Source: Acholeplasmatales bacterium
GTDB lineage: Bacteria; Bacillota_I; Bacilli_A; Acholeplasmatales; Anaeroplasmataceae
Assembly: GCA_017413585.1 (NCBI GenBank)
Contig: JAFPSY010000011.1
Location: 1 to 32,451, forward strand
Length of the DNA: 32,451 bases
Direction: 5' to 3'
Shown: positions 17,368-26,277 of the stretch, one piece after another
Layout: every line of letters starts with the position of its first letter
How positions within the stretch are numbered: the stretch's first letter is position 1
The notes under the pieces: generated by a model
Database searches by the model: none
Told to the model about the DNA's origin: nothing
What the model saw: the letters and a program-made list of their open reading frames with translations, nothing else
Translations under genes and position numbers: made by a program

Positions 17368-18438
17368 ATGACCAGTTTTAAAATTACAGCTACAGAATCC
17401 TTATTTGCAAGATTATTAAACGATAAGGAATTGTTCCAATTGAATATGAGTCAAAATGACTTTTTAACGCAGGTTGTCATTAAAACCTATGATTATCAGG
17501 ATTCCTTAAGTGAGCTTAAGGATGTATGTGATATATTATCCGGAAAAACAAATAAATTAGTGGATAATCCAATTATTGAAGCCATTAAGAATTTAAATGA
17601 TGGAAAAACATCCTTTAAAAGAAGCTTAAATGATATTGGAATTGAAATATTAAAGTTAAGAGATAATATACCCTCTGAGGTAGGTAAAAAGGATATTTTC
17701 CTAAGAGAAACATCCAAAACTGAAGGTGCACTTACTCAAATTGTAAATGAAACAGATTCTAGAAGTGCTGCAGATACCTTCCGTTCTCTTTTATATAAAT
17801 ATATGGCATATCCATCCTATATTAGAGAAAGAATCCTATTTATGGATATTTATGATACATTATCTACCTGTATTAAAAAGAAATATAAATGTAAAATTGT
17901 TACTACAAATAATAAAACCTTCTTAGTGGATCCTTATAAATTAATTCCTGGACTTGACGAATTCCATTATTATATTACAGGATTTGCAAAGAATGTAGAT
18001 CAAAATTATGACAGGCAAATTATGGCATTTAAGCTATCTATGGTAAAGGCAGTATATAAAATGAAGGATACCTTAGAATTATCTATAGATGAGGTAAAGG
18101 AAATTGTAGATAAGGTTAAAGCATCAGGTCCTGCCTTCTTAAGCGGAGAATATAAGGAATATAAGGTAGAATTTGATCCATTCGGTCAAAAGCTATTCCA
18201 TTCCTTATATGTCGATAGACCTAAATGTATTCATATGGTAACATCCGATACCTTTATTAATGAATATGGTCCGCAAACAAAGAAAATCTATACCTTCTAT
18301 TCCTCTGAATTCCAAATTTATAATTATTTAAAGGATTTTGGATATCATGCGATGGTATTAAATGATGAAATATTGAGAGAAAAGCTTTTAAAATATTTTG
18401 AAAGAGCTTATAACCAGTATTCTATAAAAGCAATTTAA
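17368..18438 (+). CDS. WYL-domain protein (N-terminus looks ribbon-helix-helix-like rather than winged HTH)
   Basis: YMAYPSYIRERILF, then WYL core FLVDPYKL..YYITGF..MAFKLSMV and WCX-like tail YLKDFGYHAMVL..LRE. Start moved to ATG 17368 (GGAGG at 17358-17362). Confidence 0.82.
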   Translation: MTSFKITATESLFARLLNDKELFQLNMSQNDFLTQVVIKTYDYQDSLSELKDVCDILSGKTNKLVDNPIIEAIKNLNDGKTSFKRSLNDIGIEILKLRDNIPSEVGKKDIFLRETSKTEGALTQIVNETDSRSAADTFRSLLYKYMAYPSYIRERILFMDIYDTLSTCIKKKYKCKIVTTNNKTFLVDPYKLIPGLDEFHYYITGFAKNVDQNYDRQIMAFKLSMVKAVYKMKDTLELSIDEVKEIVDKVKASGPAFLSGEYKEYKVEFDPFGQKLFHSLYVDRPKCIHMVTSDTFINEYGPQTKKIYTFYSSEFQIYNYLKDFGYHAMVLNDEILREKLLKYFERAYNQYSIKAI

Positions 18439-18444
18439 AGCATC

Positions 18445-18470
18445 AAAAAAGCCCTATGCAGGGCTTTTTT
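18445..18470 (+). terminator. Intrinsic terminator (bidirectional shape) after WYL gene
   Basis: AAAAAAGCCCT-ATGC-AGGGCTTTTTT. Confidence 0.8.
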
Positions 18471-18529
18471 ATCTTATCGAATCGATATCGCTTGTTGCGT
18501 TTCTATCGTACCACCATCTTCATATGAGC

Positions 18530-18556
18530 AAAAAAAAGGGCTTCAAATTGAAGCCC
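18530..18556 (-). terminator. Terminator of the tRNA pair
   Basis: Minus strand GGGCTTCAA-T-TTGAAGCCC followed by a T run. Confidence 0.8.
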
Positions 18557-18569
18557 ATTATTTTTAAGC

Positions 18570-18646
18570 TGGCGCGTCCAGGAGGACTCGAACCCCCAAC
18601 CTTTTGATCCGTAGTCAAACGATCTATCCAATTGATCTATGAACGC
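18570..18646 (-). tRNA. tRNA-Arg(ACG)
   Basis: 77-nt cloverleaf; anticodon arm TTTGA-CTACGGA-TCAAA, GGTTCGAG T-loop, encoded CCA. Confidence 0.97.
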
Positions 18647-18661
18647 AAAATTAAATTAGCA

Positions 18662-18738
18662 TGGCGGTCCGGACGAGACTCGAACTCGCGACCTCCGCAG
18701 TGACAGTGCGGCATTCTAACCAACTGAACTACCGGACC
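18662..18738 (-). tRNA. tRNA-Asp(GTC)
   Basis: 77-nt cloverleaf; anticodon arm CCGCA-CTGTCAC-TGCGG, GTTCGAG T-loop, encoded CCA. Confidence 0.97.
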
Positions 18739-18748
18739 ACGCTAGATA

Positions 18749-18777
18749 ATTGTATCACACTAAAAATAATTTTGCAA
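18749..18777 (-). promoter_or_regulatory. tRNA promoter
   Basis: TTGCAA, 17-nt spacer, TACAAT with extended TG, just upstream of tRNA-Asp. Confidence 0.75.
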
Positions 18778-18837
18778 CAAGAAAATTGAAAAAATAATTT
18801 TGGGCAAAAATTAGGGGTATATTCTTAAAAAATTACA

Positions 18838-19344
18838 CTAGCTATGGGTACTAAAATATAGATATATTATTCCACCTACAGCAGTAATAATAGTGATAGC
18901 AACTAGCATAATCGCTATAATAACTTTTCTTCTATGATGAGAATTTGTCGTAGCTATCATTGATTTTTCCTTGAAAAAGGATACAGGATATCCTGAAATA
19001 TTAGAAAGTGCTATTAAAATGTTATCCTTTGGTATTTTATCTTGCTTACAGTATTCTATAAGCTCCTCCTTTGATATTTTAATAGCTATAGCTAATTCTC
19101 CTATAGTAATCTCCTTATATTGTAAAATAAGGTCAATTTTATCTTTAAATGTAAGACTTTTTGTGAAGTATTCCTTAGGATATTTATCATATTCCTTTTT
19201 ACTTCCACTGCCCTCATGAAAATCAGATTCTATTTCTTCTCCATTCGCATAGGCTAAATTATTACGCATAAGCTCTGCAGGCTGATTTCTCCATAGTGTA
19301 CCTACGGTATTATTTTTTCTTGCTCCATGATCCTCTTCTGGCAT
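18838..19344 (-). CDS. XRE-like HTH protein with C-terminal TM helix
   Basis: ITIGELAIAIKISKEELIEY..IPKDNILIALSNISGYPVSFF pattern; hydrophobic C-terminus; AGGAGG RBS. Confidence 0.72.
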   Translation of the reverse strand: MPEEDHGARKNNTVGTLWRNQPAELMRNNLAYANGEEIESDFHEGSGSKKEYDKYPKEYFTKSLTFKDKIDLILQYKEITIGELAIAIKISKEELIEYCKQDKIPKDNILIALSNISGYPVSFFKEKSMIATTNSHHRRKVIIAIMLVAITIITAVGGIIYLYFSTHS

Positions 19345-19358
19345 AAAGACCTCCTATT

Positions 19359-19820
19359 TTATTGCGTTAATTCTTTAAAATAATTATCTTCCTTCTTATC
19401 TATTTTTTTACTATCTGTAATTAATAAATAGATTTGATAAGCAATATTACCTAAATAAGTAATTAATAATAAAACTAATACAGCAATCTGTGCACCATTA
19501 TTCTTACATAAGGATACAAAGATTCCAGTAAGTGGAATCGCAAGTAATCCTGCAGTAAAAATGGATAGAATTCTTTTAATACTTGAAGCCTTATGAATTA
19601 CACATAAAACAATAATTCCAAGGATGAAAACGGCAAGTATTATACCAATGATAAAGAATAATAAGGATGCATCAATAATCCTCTTTTCATAATCATTTAA
19701 ATAAGATAAAACATCTGGTTGTTTAGCAGTGACATATAAAAGAATTACGCCTAAAACAACTAAAGCGAAAAGAAATGCATTTATAACTATTTCTGAAACG
19801 AATCTAAGCTTTTTTTTCAA
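19359..19820 (-). CDS. Four-TM membrane protein
   Basis: Four hydrophobic segments. Start probably TTG 19820 after GAGGTG (track uses GTG 19829). Confidence 0.75.
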   Translation of the reverse strand: MKKKLRFVSEIVINAFLFALVVLGVILLYVTAKQPDVLSYLNDYEKRIIDASLLFFIIGIILAVFILGIIVLCVIHKASSIKRILSIFTAGLLAIPLTGIFVSLCKNNGAQIAVLVLLLITYLGNIAYQIYLLITDSKKIDKKEDNYFKELTQ

Positions 19821-19832
19821 GAGAATCACCTC

Positions 19833-20681
19833 TTATTTATAATCCTTTAGTAGAGTCTTTTCTTCATCAAAGGTAATAAGCTCATCCTTATATAATCCGC
19901 CATAAGCTCTTTTGAAGGCTTTTCTTGACATACCAAGTAATGCCTCTACCTCCTCTGCAGAGGATTTTGCAGTAAGCTTCATTACTCCGTGATGACCTCT
20001 TAAATAATCTAAAATAATCTCTCTATCCTCAACCATTTGAATTTCCTTATGCTGATTTAATGTACCATAATATTCATTGTCCGTCTCTTTTGTAATGGTA
20101 ACCATTACCTCTTCTCCCATATGGTAATCTCCTCTTAGCTGTGTATAAGGCACAAATACATATTTAATATCCTTTGTGACAATTCCCATACCCTTTTCAG
20201 AAAAATGGCATACATAGCCTTCTACCTGCTCATTATCCGCATATCTTAAGTCCGATTTGATGCTTTTAATATCAAAACGATTTAAAGGCTTAGCTGTTAA
20301 AATATCATGCTTAATCTTTAATCTTATAAAAACCTTATCCCCAATATTTGGCCATTTTCTTTCATCATAAGGTAAATAATCCTTAGATAATAATAAATCC
20401 TTTGGTGTATTAATATTCACAAATACACCAGCACCAGGTAATATTTCTACAACAGTCGCAAAGCCTGCATCCTCTATCGTTGCAGAAACTATCGCCTCTG
20501 TTGCCGTTAATCTTTTTGCCTTATCGGCATAAATAAATACTTTAACGGAATCTCCTTCCTTATAGGTATTTTTCGCTTGCTTAAAATGAAGTAATACCTC
20601 ATCCTTATTATCTGTTAGCATATATCCTAAATCGGATACTCTCGCAACAGTTAATGTTTGATACTCTCCTATGGTAATCAA
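19833..20681 (-). CDS. cvfB: CvfB/YitL-family S1 RNA-binding protein
   Basis: IGEYQTLTV..GYML..EVLL start, repeated S1-like units, C-terminal MSRKAFKRAYGGLYK. Confidence 0.88.
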   Translation of the reverse strand: MITIGEYQTLTVARVSDLGYMLTDNKDEVLLHFKQAKNTYKEGDSVKVFIYADKAKRLTATEAIVSATIEDAGFATVVEILPGAGVFVNINTPKDLLLSKDYLPYDERKWPNIGDKVFIRLKIKHDILTAKPLNRFDIKSIKSDLRYADNEQVEGYVCHFSEKGMGIVTKDIKYVFVPYTQLRGDYHMGEEVMVTITKETDNEYYGTLNQHKEIQMVEDREIILDYLRGHHGVMKLTAKSSAEEVEALLGMSRKAFKRAYGGLYKDELITFDEEKTLLKDYK

Positions 20682-20830
20682 TTCCTATCACCATCCTTAT
20701 AATTTCTATCGGTTTGCTCCTGATACATTGATCTTTTATCCTTAAATGTATCCTTTGGAGTAGTTTTTTTGCCGGATTCATATTTTTTAATTAAATCCTT
20801 TTGTTCTTGTGTCAATTCCTTATTCGCCAT
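20678..20830 (-). CDS. Small charged protein, 50 aa (not in track)
   Basis: GGAGG RBS; MANKELTQEQKDLIKKYESGKKTTPKDTFKDKRSMYQEQTDRNYKDGDRN. Fills the gap exactly and overlaps both neighbours (TTGA with the cvfB start). Confidence 0.72.
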   Translation of the reverse strand: MANKELTQEQKDLIKKYESGKKTTPKDTFKDKRSMYQEQTDRNYKDGDRN

Positions 20831-21227
20831 CTTTTACCTCCATTCTATGGAGCTTAAGCTCTAAAAAGCATTTTGTAATCCTTTCTATATTATCCTCTGT
20901 AGAAAAGGATTCCTTTGTACCTATCATGTAATCTATAGATATATAATCTCCATTATCTTTATATAAAATAAGTGATGCTCTAGCCTTTTTAATTTCTATT
21001 TTGAAATAGCTGTATTCCGTAATTGTAATTTCAAAATCAGAATCAGGTCTTAGCATTCCAAAAAAACGATTGATCTTTTGAAAATATAATTTATCTTCTC
21101 TTATAGACATTATATATTCCCCATGATAGGGTTTATCTAATCTTAGATTTATCATGACATAACAAGGCTTTAGCCCCTTTAGCTGCTGTGCTTTTCTCAT
21201 TTCAAGCAAAAAGCCTCTACGATCCAT
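20820..21227 (-). CDS. Hypothetical protein (~135 aa; beta strands plus terminal helix)
   Basis: ORF with AGGTG RBS before ATG 21227 (track uses GTG 21236). Confidence 0.7.
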   Translation of the reverse strand: MDRRGFLLEMRKAQQLKGLKPCYVMINLRLDKPYHGEYIMSIREDKLYFQKINRFFGMLRPDSDFEITITEYSYFKIEIKKARASLILYKDNGDYISIDYMIGTKESFSTEDNIERITKCFLELKLHRMEVKDGE

Positions 21228-21404
21228 TAAAATCACCTACTTATGTATACGTATTAAGTATAACATACTTTTTTTGAATTCGTTATACAATTTCTACTAT
21301 CATATTGATATATGAAACTATCACCAATTTATACAATTTCATCGTTTTTAAACAAATTCCCGAAAAAATTTAGTAAAAAAATTTAAAAAAATATAAAAAA
21401 GGGG

Positions 21405-21433
21405 TTTACAAACGCTTTCATAGGTGTTATTAT
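21405..21433 (+). promoter_or_regulatory. Sigma70-type promoter overlapped by a cre-like site
   Basis: TTTACA, 17-nt spacer, TATTAT with extended TG; 21407-21420 reads TGAAAGCGTTTGTA on the minus strand. Confidence 0.6.
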
Positions 21434-21439
21434 ATAGAT

Positions 21440-21516
21440 GCTAAAAGAAAAATAACTTTTCAAAATAATCTCTCCCAAAAAGGAAAGGATGGCAGAAATG
21501 CCATCCTTTTCTTTTC
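21440..21516 (+). ncRNA. Candidate small RNA (~75 nt)
   Basis: Promoter upstream, no plausible ORF, single-stranded CUCUCCC at 21470-21476, terminator hairpin with GAAA loop and U tail. Confidence 0.5.
21477..21516. terminator. Bidirectional terminator (citrate synthase on minus, candidate sRNA on plus)
   Basis: AAAGGATGGCA-GAAA-TGCCATCCTTT with T-rich tails on both strands. Confidence 0.85.
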
Positions 21517-21549
21517 TATAGATAAATTAAAAAGTAATTGGTCGCCCAA

Positions 21550-22854
21550 TTACTTCTTATCTCCTACATATTTTGTTGCAGGTCTTACAATCTTATTCGA
21601 ATATAATAAATTCTCAATATCATGAGATACCCATCCAACAACTCTTGCAACACTGAATAATGGAATGAACAAATCTCTTGGAATGTTTAGCATTTCATAA
21701 ATCAATCCACTATAGAAATCGACATTGACACAGGCAGCCTTGCCTGTTTTTTTCTCTAATGCCTTTACAGCAAGCTGTTCGAATCTTTTATATAATTCAA
21801 ATTTCTCTGAATGCTTTTCTAATGTTAGCTTATGGGCTACCTCTCTTAAAAGCTCAGCTCTTGGATCAGACATAGTATAAATCGCATGTCCAACACCATA
21901 GATTAATCCAGAATGATCAAAGAAATCCTTATTCAATAATCTTTGAATAATTGTATTTAATTCTAGATCTGTAGGATTTAATCCGATTTCCTTTTCTACT
22001 TCCGTCATCATATCCAATACAGCCATATTGGCTCCACCATGTCTTGGGCCCTTTAAGGAGCACATAGATGCGGCAACCATAGAATAGATATCTGTTAGGG
22101 TAGATGAAACTACCGTACCAACAAAGGCACTATTGTTTCCTCCACCATGGTCTGCATGAACCATTAAGCACATATCTAATGTCTTTGCCTCAAGCTCTGT
22201 AAATTTACCATCATTTCTAGATAAATATAAAATATTTTCAGCGAAGGAATATTCCTTCTTTGGGAAATGAATATGTAAGGAATCATGGTCTAAATAATGT
22301 GTTTTTGTTTGTAAGGAATAGGCCATGATTGCAGGCATCTTTGAAATTAGGGAAACACCCTTCTTTATTAGTTCAAAGCCTTCAATATTATCTGGATCAT
22401 CATCAAAGGAATACAAGGATAAAATACTTCTTGTCATATGATTCATCAAGGATTTTGATGGATTCTTTAGAATAATATTTTCCATAAATCCCTCGGGTAA
22501 CTCATATTGATCTCGAATCACTGCCTTAAAGATTTTTGATTCTGTTTGATTTGGGTAATGACCAAATAATAGTAGGAAGCATGTATTCTCATAGCCAAAA
22601 TCATCACCTGCCATTTTAGCTACATCACGAATATCAATCCCTCTATAATATAGATTACCTTCCTTTGGAAGCTTAACGCCATCCTCAACATAATAACCAG
22701 ATACCTCGGCTACCTTAGTTAAACCAACTAATACTCCAGTACCATTATTATTTCTAAGTCCTCTTTTTACATCATATTTATCGTATAAATCTGATGGAAT
22801 AGCACCATCCTCTAGTAAATCATGATATTTTTCTAATAAAAAATAATCATCCAT
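21550..22854 (-). CDS. gltA: Citrate synthase
   Basis: HADHGGGNNS, GPRHGGAN, YGVGHAIY..DPRA and NVDFYSG motifs. Confidence 0.93.
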   Translation of the reverse strand: MDDYFLLEKYHDLLEDGAIPSDLYDKYDVKRGLRNNNGTGVLVGLTKVAEVSGYYVEDGVKLPKEGNLYYRGIDIRDVAKMAGDDFGYENTCFLLLFGHYPNQTESKIFKAVIRDQYELPEGFMENIILKNPSKSLMNHMTRSILSLYSFDDDPDNIEGFELIKKGVSLISKMPAIMAYSLQTKTHYLDHDSLHIHFPKKEYSFAENILYLSRNDGKFTELEAKTLDMCLMVHADHGGGNNSAFVGTVVSSTLTDIYSMVAASMCSLKGPRHGGANMAVLDMMTEVEKEIGLNPTDLELNTIIQRLLNKDFFDHSGLIYGVGHAIYTMSDPRAELLREVAHKLTLEKHSEKFELYKRFEQLAVKALEKKTGKAACVNVDFYSGLIYEMLNIPRDLFIPLFSVARVVGWVSHDIENLLYSNKIVRPATKYVGDKK

Positions 22855-22866
22855 AATATCCCTCCT

Positions 22867-24732
22867 TTAGAAGGTATTTAATAATCCACCAACTTGAATT
22901 AAATTATATTCCTCTGGTGTAAGATCTAATACCCTTTCGTAACTCTTACCCTTTGTTTTGTTTGTAACCTTAATGGTTTCCTTATCAAAGGAAACATTAA
23001 TTTCATCAAATAAATCCGCCTCAATATCAAGCTCTATTGGTAAAATACCAAAATTAATTAAATTCTTTTTATGAATTCTAGCAAATGATGATGCAATAAC
23101 TGCCTTAATACCTAAATATCTTGGTGCGATAGCGGCATGCTCACGGCTTGAGCCCTGACCATAATTTGTTTTCGCAACGATAACACCAGCGCCATTATCA
23201 AGGCATCTTTTGGAGAAGCCCTCATCAATATTAGAGAATACAAATTCACTAATCTTTTCAATATTCGATCTATAAGGTAATACCTTAGCACCTGCTGGCA
23301 TGATATGGTCTGTTGTAATATTATCCTCTAGTGAAATCATTACCTTAGCATTGAAATTATTGCCGATAGGTGAAAACTTTGGAATTGGCTTAATGTTTGG
23401 TCCCATCACAACCTCTGATGCAAATGTTGGCTTATATAATAAGGAATCACACTTTGGATATTCAACATCCATACTGAATTCATTTAATTCCATACCAAGT
23501 GGGCTTGAAATATAGCCATTTACTGCAGATAATGCAGCAACCTCAGGTGAAACTAAATATACCTTTGCTGAATTTGTACCACTTCTACCATAGAAATTTC
23601 TATTGAAGGTACGTAAGGATACTGCATCTGTTGCAGGGGATTGACCCATACCAATACAAGGTCCACATGCAGATTCTAATATTCTAGCACCAGCCTCTAG
23701 TAATACATCTAAAATACCATTTTTCGTAATCATTTGAAGTACCTGCTGTGAGCCTGGAGCGATACCTAAGGAAACATCCTTATGAATCTTTTTACCCTTT
23801 AGGATAGATGCAACCTTAACGAAATCATAATAGCTTGAATTTGTGCAAGAACCAATTAATACCTGATCTACCTTAATATCCTTAAGCAGAGATACTAATT
23901 TTACATTATCTGGAGAATTAGGGCAGGAAGCCTCTGGCTCTAATGTAGCTAAATCAATAGTGATATCCTCATCATATCGACATCCCTCATCACTAGATAA
24001 TTCCTTATAATCCTCTACTCTTCCTTGTAATCTTAAGAATTCCTTTGTAATTTCATCGGATGGGAAGACGGAAGATGTTGCGCCTAGCTCTGCACCCATA
24101 TTACAAATCGTTGCACGCTCAGGTACAGATAATGTTTTAACACCATCTCCATAATATTCAATAACCTTATTTACTCCACCCTTTACGGTCATTAATCCTA
24201 TTAGGTGAATAATAATATCCTTAGCGGATACGCCATTTCTTAATTTATTTAATAATTTAACACCGACAACCTTTGGTCTTACGATAGTAAAAGGCATACC
24301 TGCCATTGCGCAAGCAACATCAAGTCCACCAGCACCAATCGCAAGTGCACCAACACCACTAGATGTAGGTGTATGGGAATCAGAACCTAGAATTGTTCTT
24401 CCAGGTACAGCAAAGCGTTCTACATTTACCTGGTGACATATACCATTACCTGCCTTAGAAAATACGATACCGTATTTATCAGCAACCGTTTGTAAAAACT
24501 TATGGTCATCTGCATTCATAAATCCATTTTGTAATGTATTATGATCGACATAGGAAACAGATAAATCTGTTTTAACCTTATCAATACCAAAGGATATGAA
24601 TTCTAAGTATGCCATAGTACCTGTTGCATCCTGTGTTAAGGTTTGGTCAATTTTAATGCTCATTTTATTATTTTCTAAATCCTCACTTACCTTGTGAGCA
24701 TCTAATATTTTATATGTTAATGTCTTTTTCAT
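22867..24732 (-). CDS. acn: Aconitate hydratase
   Basis: QDATG, DHN, GICHQV, DSHT, IGSCTNSS, ACGPCIGMG, TTDHIMP, GSSREHA. Start moved to ATG 24732 (GGAGG RBS). Confidence 0.93.
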   Translation of the reverse strand: MKKTLTYKILDAHKVSEDLENNKMSIKIDQTLTQDATGTMAYLEFISFGIDKVKTDLSVSYVDHNTLQNGFMNADDHKFLQTVADKYGIVFSKAGNGICHQVNVERFAVPGRTILGSDSHTPTSSGVGALAIGAGGLDVACAMAGMPFTIVRPKVVGVKLLNKLRNGVSAKDIIIHLIGLMTVKGGVNKVIEYYGDGVKTLSVPERATICNMGAELGATSSVFPSDEITKEFLRLQGRVEDYKELSSDEGCRYDEDITIDLATLEPEASCPNSPDNVKLVSLLKDIKVDQVLIGSCTNSSYYDFVKVASILKGKKIHKDVSLGIAPGSQQVLQMITKNGILDVLLEAGARILESACGPCIGMGQSPATDAVSLRTFNRNFYGRSGTNSAKVYLVSPEVAALSAVNGYISSPLGMELNEFSMDVEYPKCDSLLYKPTFASEVVMGPNIKPIPKFSPIGNNFNAKVMISLEDNITTDHIMPAGAKVLPYRSNIEKISEFVFSNIDEGFSKRCLDNGAGVIVAKTNYGQGSSREHAAIAPRYLGIKAVIASSFARIHKKNLINFGILPIELDIEADLFDEINVSFDKETIKVTNKTKGKSYERVLDLTPEEYNLIQVGGLLNTF

Positions 24733-24850
24733 TATAGGTCCCCTCCAAAAATACAAAAGATTTATCACATTATATCATAGAAATTCGGAAAAATCGACAA
24801 TTCCTTATATTTTAAGCGGTTTGTCAACCGCTTTCTTAGTTAAAAATTAG

Positions 24851-24873
24851 AAAAAAAGAGAGCCGAAGCTCTC
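24851..24873 (-). terminator. Terminator after icd
   Basis: GAGAGC-TTCG-GCTCTC followed by T7. Confidence 0.88.
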
Positions 24874-24877
24874 AAAA

Positions 24878-26089
24878 TTAATATTTTAATTCTAGGTTCT
24901 TACGAATTGCCTGAATAAATTCTAAAGAATTTACTGCATGGCATGTAAAGCCATCCTCGACTAAGCCAACTAAATCCTTAGTCATAGTACCCTGCATTAG
25001 GGTTTCAATAGATGCAGCCTCTAAATTGTCTGCAAATACAACTAAATCCTTAAGGCCATCAAGCTCTCCTCTTTTTCTTAATGCACCACTCCATGCGAAT
25101 ATAGTAGCCATAGGGTTTGTAGATGTTTCCTCACCCTTTAAATATTTATAATAATGTCTCGTAACTGTACCATGAGCTGCTTCATATTCATATTTTCCGT
25201 CTGGAGAAACTAATACAGAAGTCATCATAGCTAAGGAGCCAAAGGCTGTAGATACCATATCAGACATAACATCACCATCATAGTTCTTGCATGCCCAAAT
25301 ATAGCCACCCTCACTTCTTATAACTCTAGCTACAGCATCATCGATTAAGGTATAGAAATATTTAATGCCTAATTTTTCAAATTCTGCCTTATATTCCTTC
25401 TCATAAATCTCTTCAAACATTAATTTAAATGTCTGATCATATTTCTTAGAAATAGTATCCTTTGTTGAGAACCATAAATCCTGTTTCGTAGAAATTGCAT
25501 ATTTAAAGCAAGAATGAGCGAAGGATTTTATAGAAGAATCCTTATTATATAAGCCCTGAAGTACTCCACCACATTCAAAATCATAGATGGTTTCTCTCAT
25601 GATATTGCCAGATTCACCAGTGAATACAAGCTCTGCCTTGCCTGGTTCTGTAATTCTAAATTCAGTTCCCTTATATACATCTCCATAGGCATGTCTTGCG
25701 ATAGTAATTGGCTTTTTCCAATTCTTTACCTGAGGCTTAATAGGATCAATTAGAATAGGTGCTCTAAATACAGTACCATCCAAGATAGCACGAATCGTAC
25801 CATTAGGGCTCTTCCACATTTCAGATAAATTGTATTCCTCTACTCTTTGCTTATTTGGCGTAATAGTTGCACATTTTACAGCAACGCCTAATCTTTTTGT
25901 CGCATTGGCAGAATCAATCGTTACCTGATCCTTAGTCCTTTCTCTTTCCATTAATCCTAAATCATAATACTCGCTTTTTAAATCTACGAAAGGATAAATA
26001 AGCTCATCCTTAATCATCTTCCATAGAATACGAGTCATTTCATCTCCATCCATTTCAACAAGTGGAGTTGTCATTTTAATCTTTTCCAT
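24878..26089 (-). CDS. icd: NADP-dependent isocitrate dehydrogenase (type II, eukaryote-like)
   Basis: [53 protein letters not shown]. Start ATG 26089 (GGAGG 8 nt upstream). Confidence 0.95.
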   Translation of the reverse strand: MEKIKMTTPLVEMDGDEMTRILWKMIKDELIYPFVDLKSEYYDLGLMERERTKDQVTIDSANATKRLGVAVKCATITPNKQRVEEYNLSEMWKSPNGTIRAILDGTVFRAPILIDPIKPQVKNWKKPITIARHAYGDVYKGTEFRITEPGKAELVFTGESGNIMRETIYDFECGGVLQGLYNKDSSIKSFAHSCFKYAISTKQDLWFSTKDTISKKYDQTFKLMFEEIYEKEYKAEFEKLGIKYFYTLIDDAVARVIRSEGGYIWACKNYDGDVMSDMVSTAFGSLAMMTSVLVSPDGKYEYEAAHGTVTRHYYKYLKGEETSTNPMATIFAWSGALRKRGELDGLKDLVVFADNLEAASIETLMQGTMTKDLVGLVEDGFTCHAVNSLEFIQAIRKNLELKY

Positions 26090-26245
26090 TTTCATTACCT
26101 CCGAAACCATAGAATTATTAAAATTCAATCTATTATATAAAATATATCTAGAAAACTCAATTCTTTTAAAATGTGAAAATGTGTACAATGTACTCATTTT
26201 TATGGATTTCTTCTAATTTTATTTAAGAATTTTGCAAAATAATCA

Positions 26246-26270
26246 AAAAAAACTCCGGGTTTCCCCAGAG
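26246..26270 (-). terminator. Terminator after tyrS
   Basis: CTCTGGG-GAAA-CCCGGAG followed by T7. Confidence 0.8.
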
Positions 26271-26277
26271 CTTCTCT

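Noticed and set aside
26090-26197. N-terminal extensions given by the track for icd (also acn, rplS, WYL and the CbbX-type ATPase)
   Set aside because: Downstream ATGs have well-spaced SD sequences and match the expected family starts.
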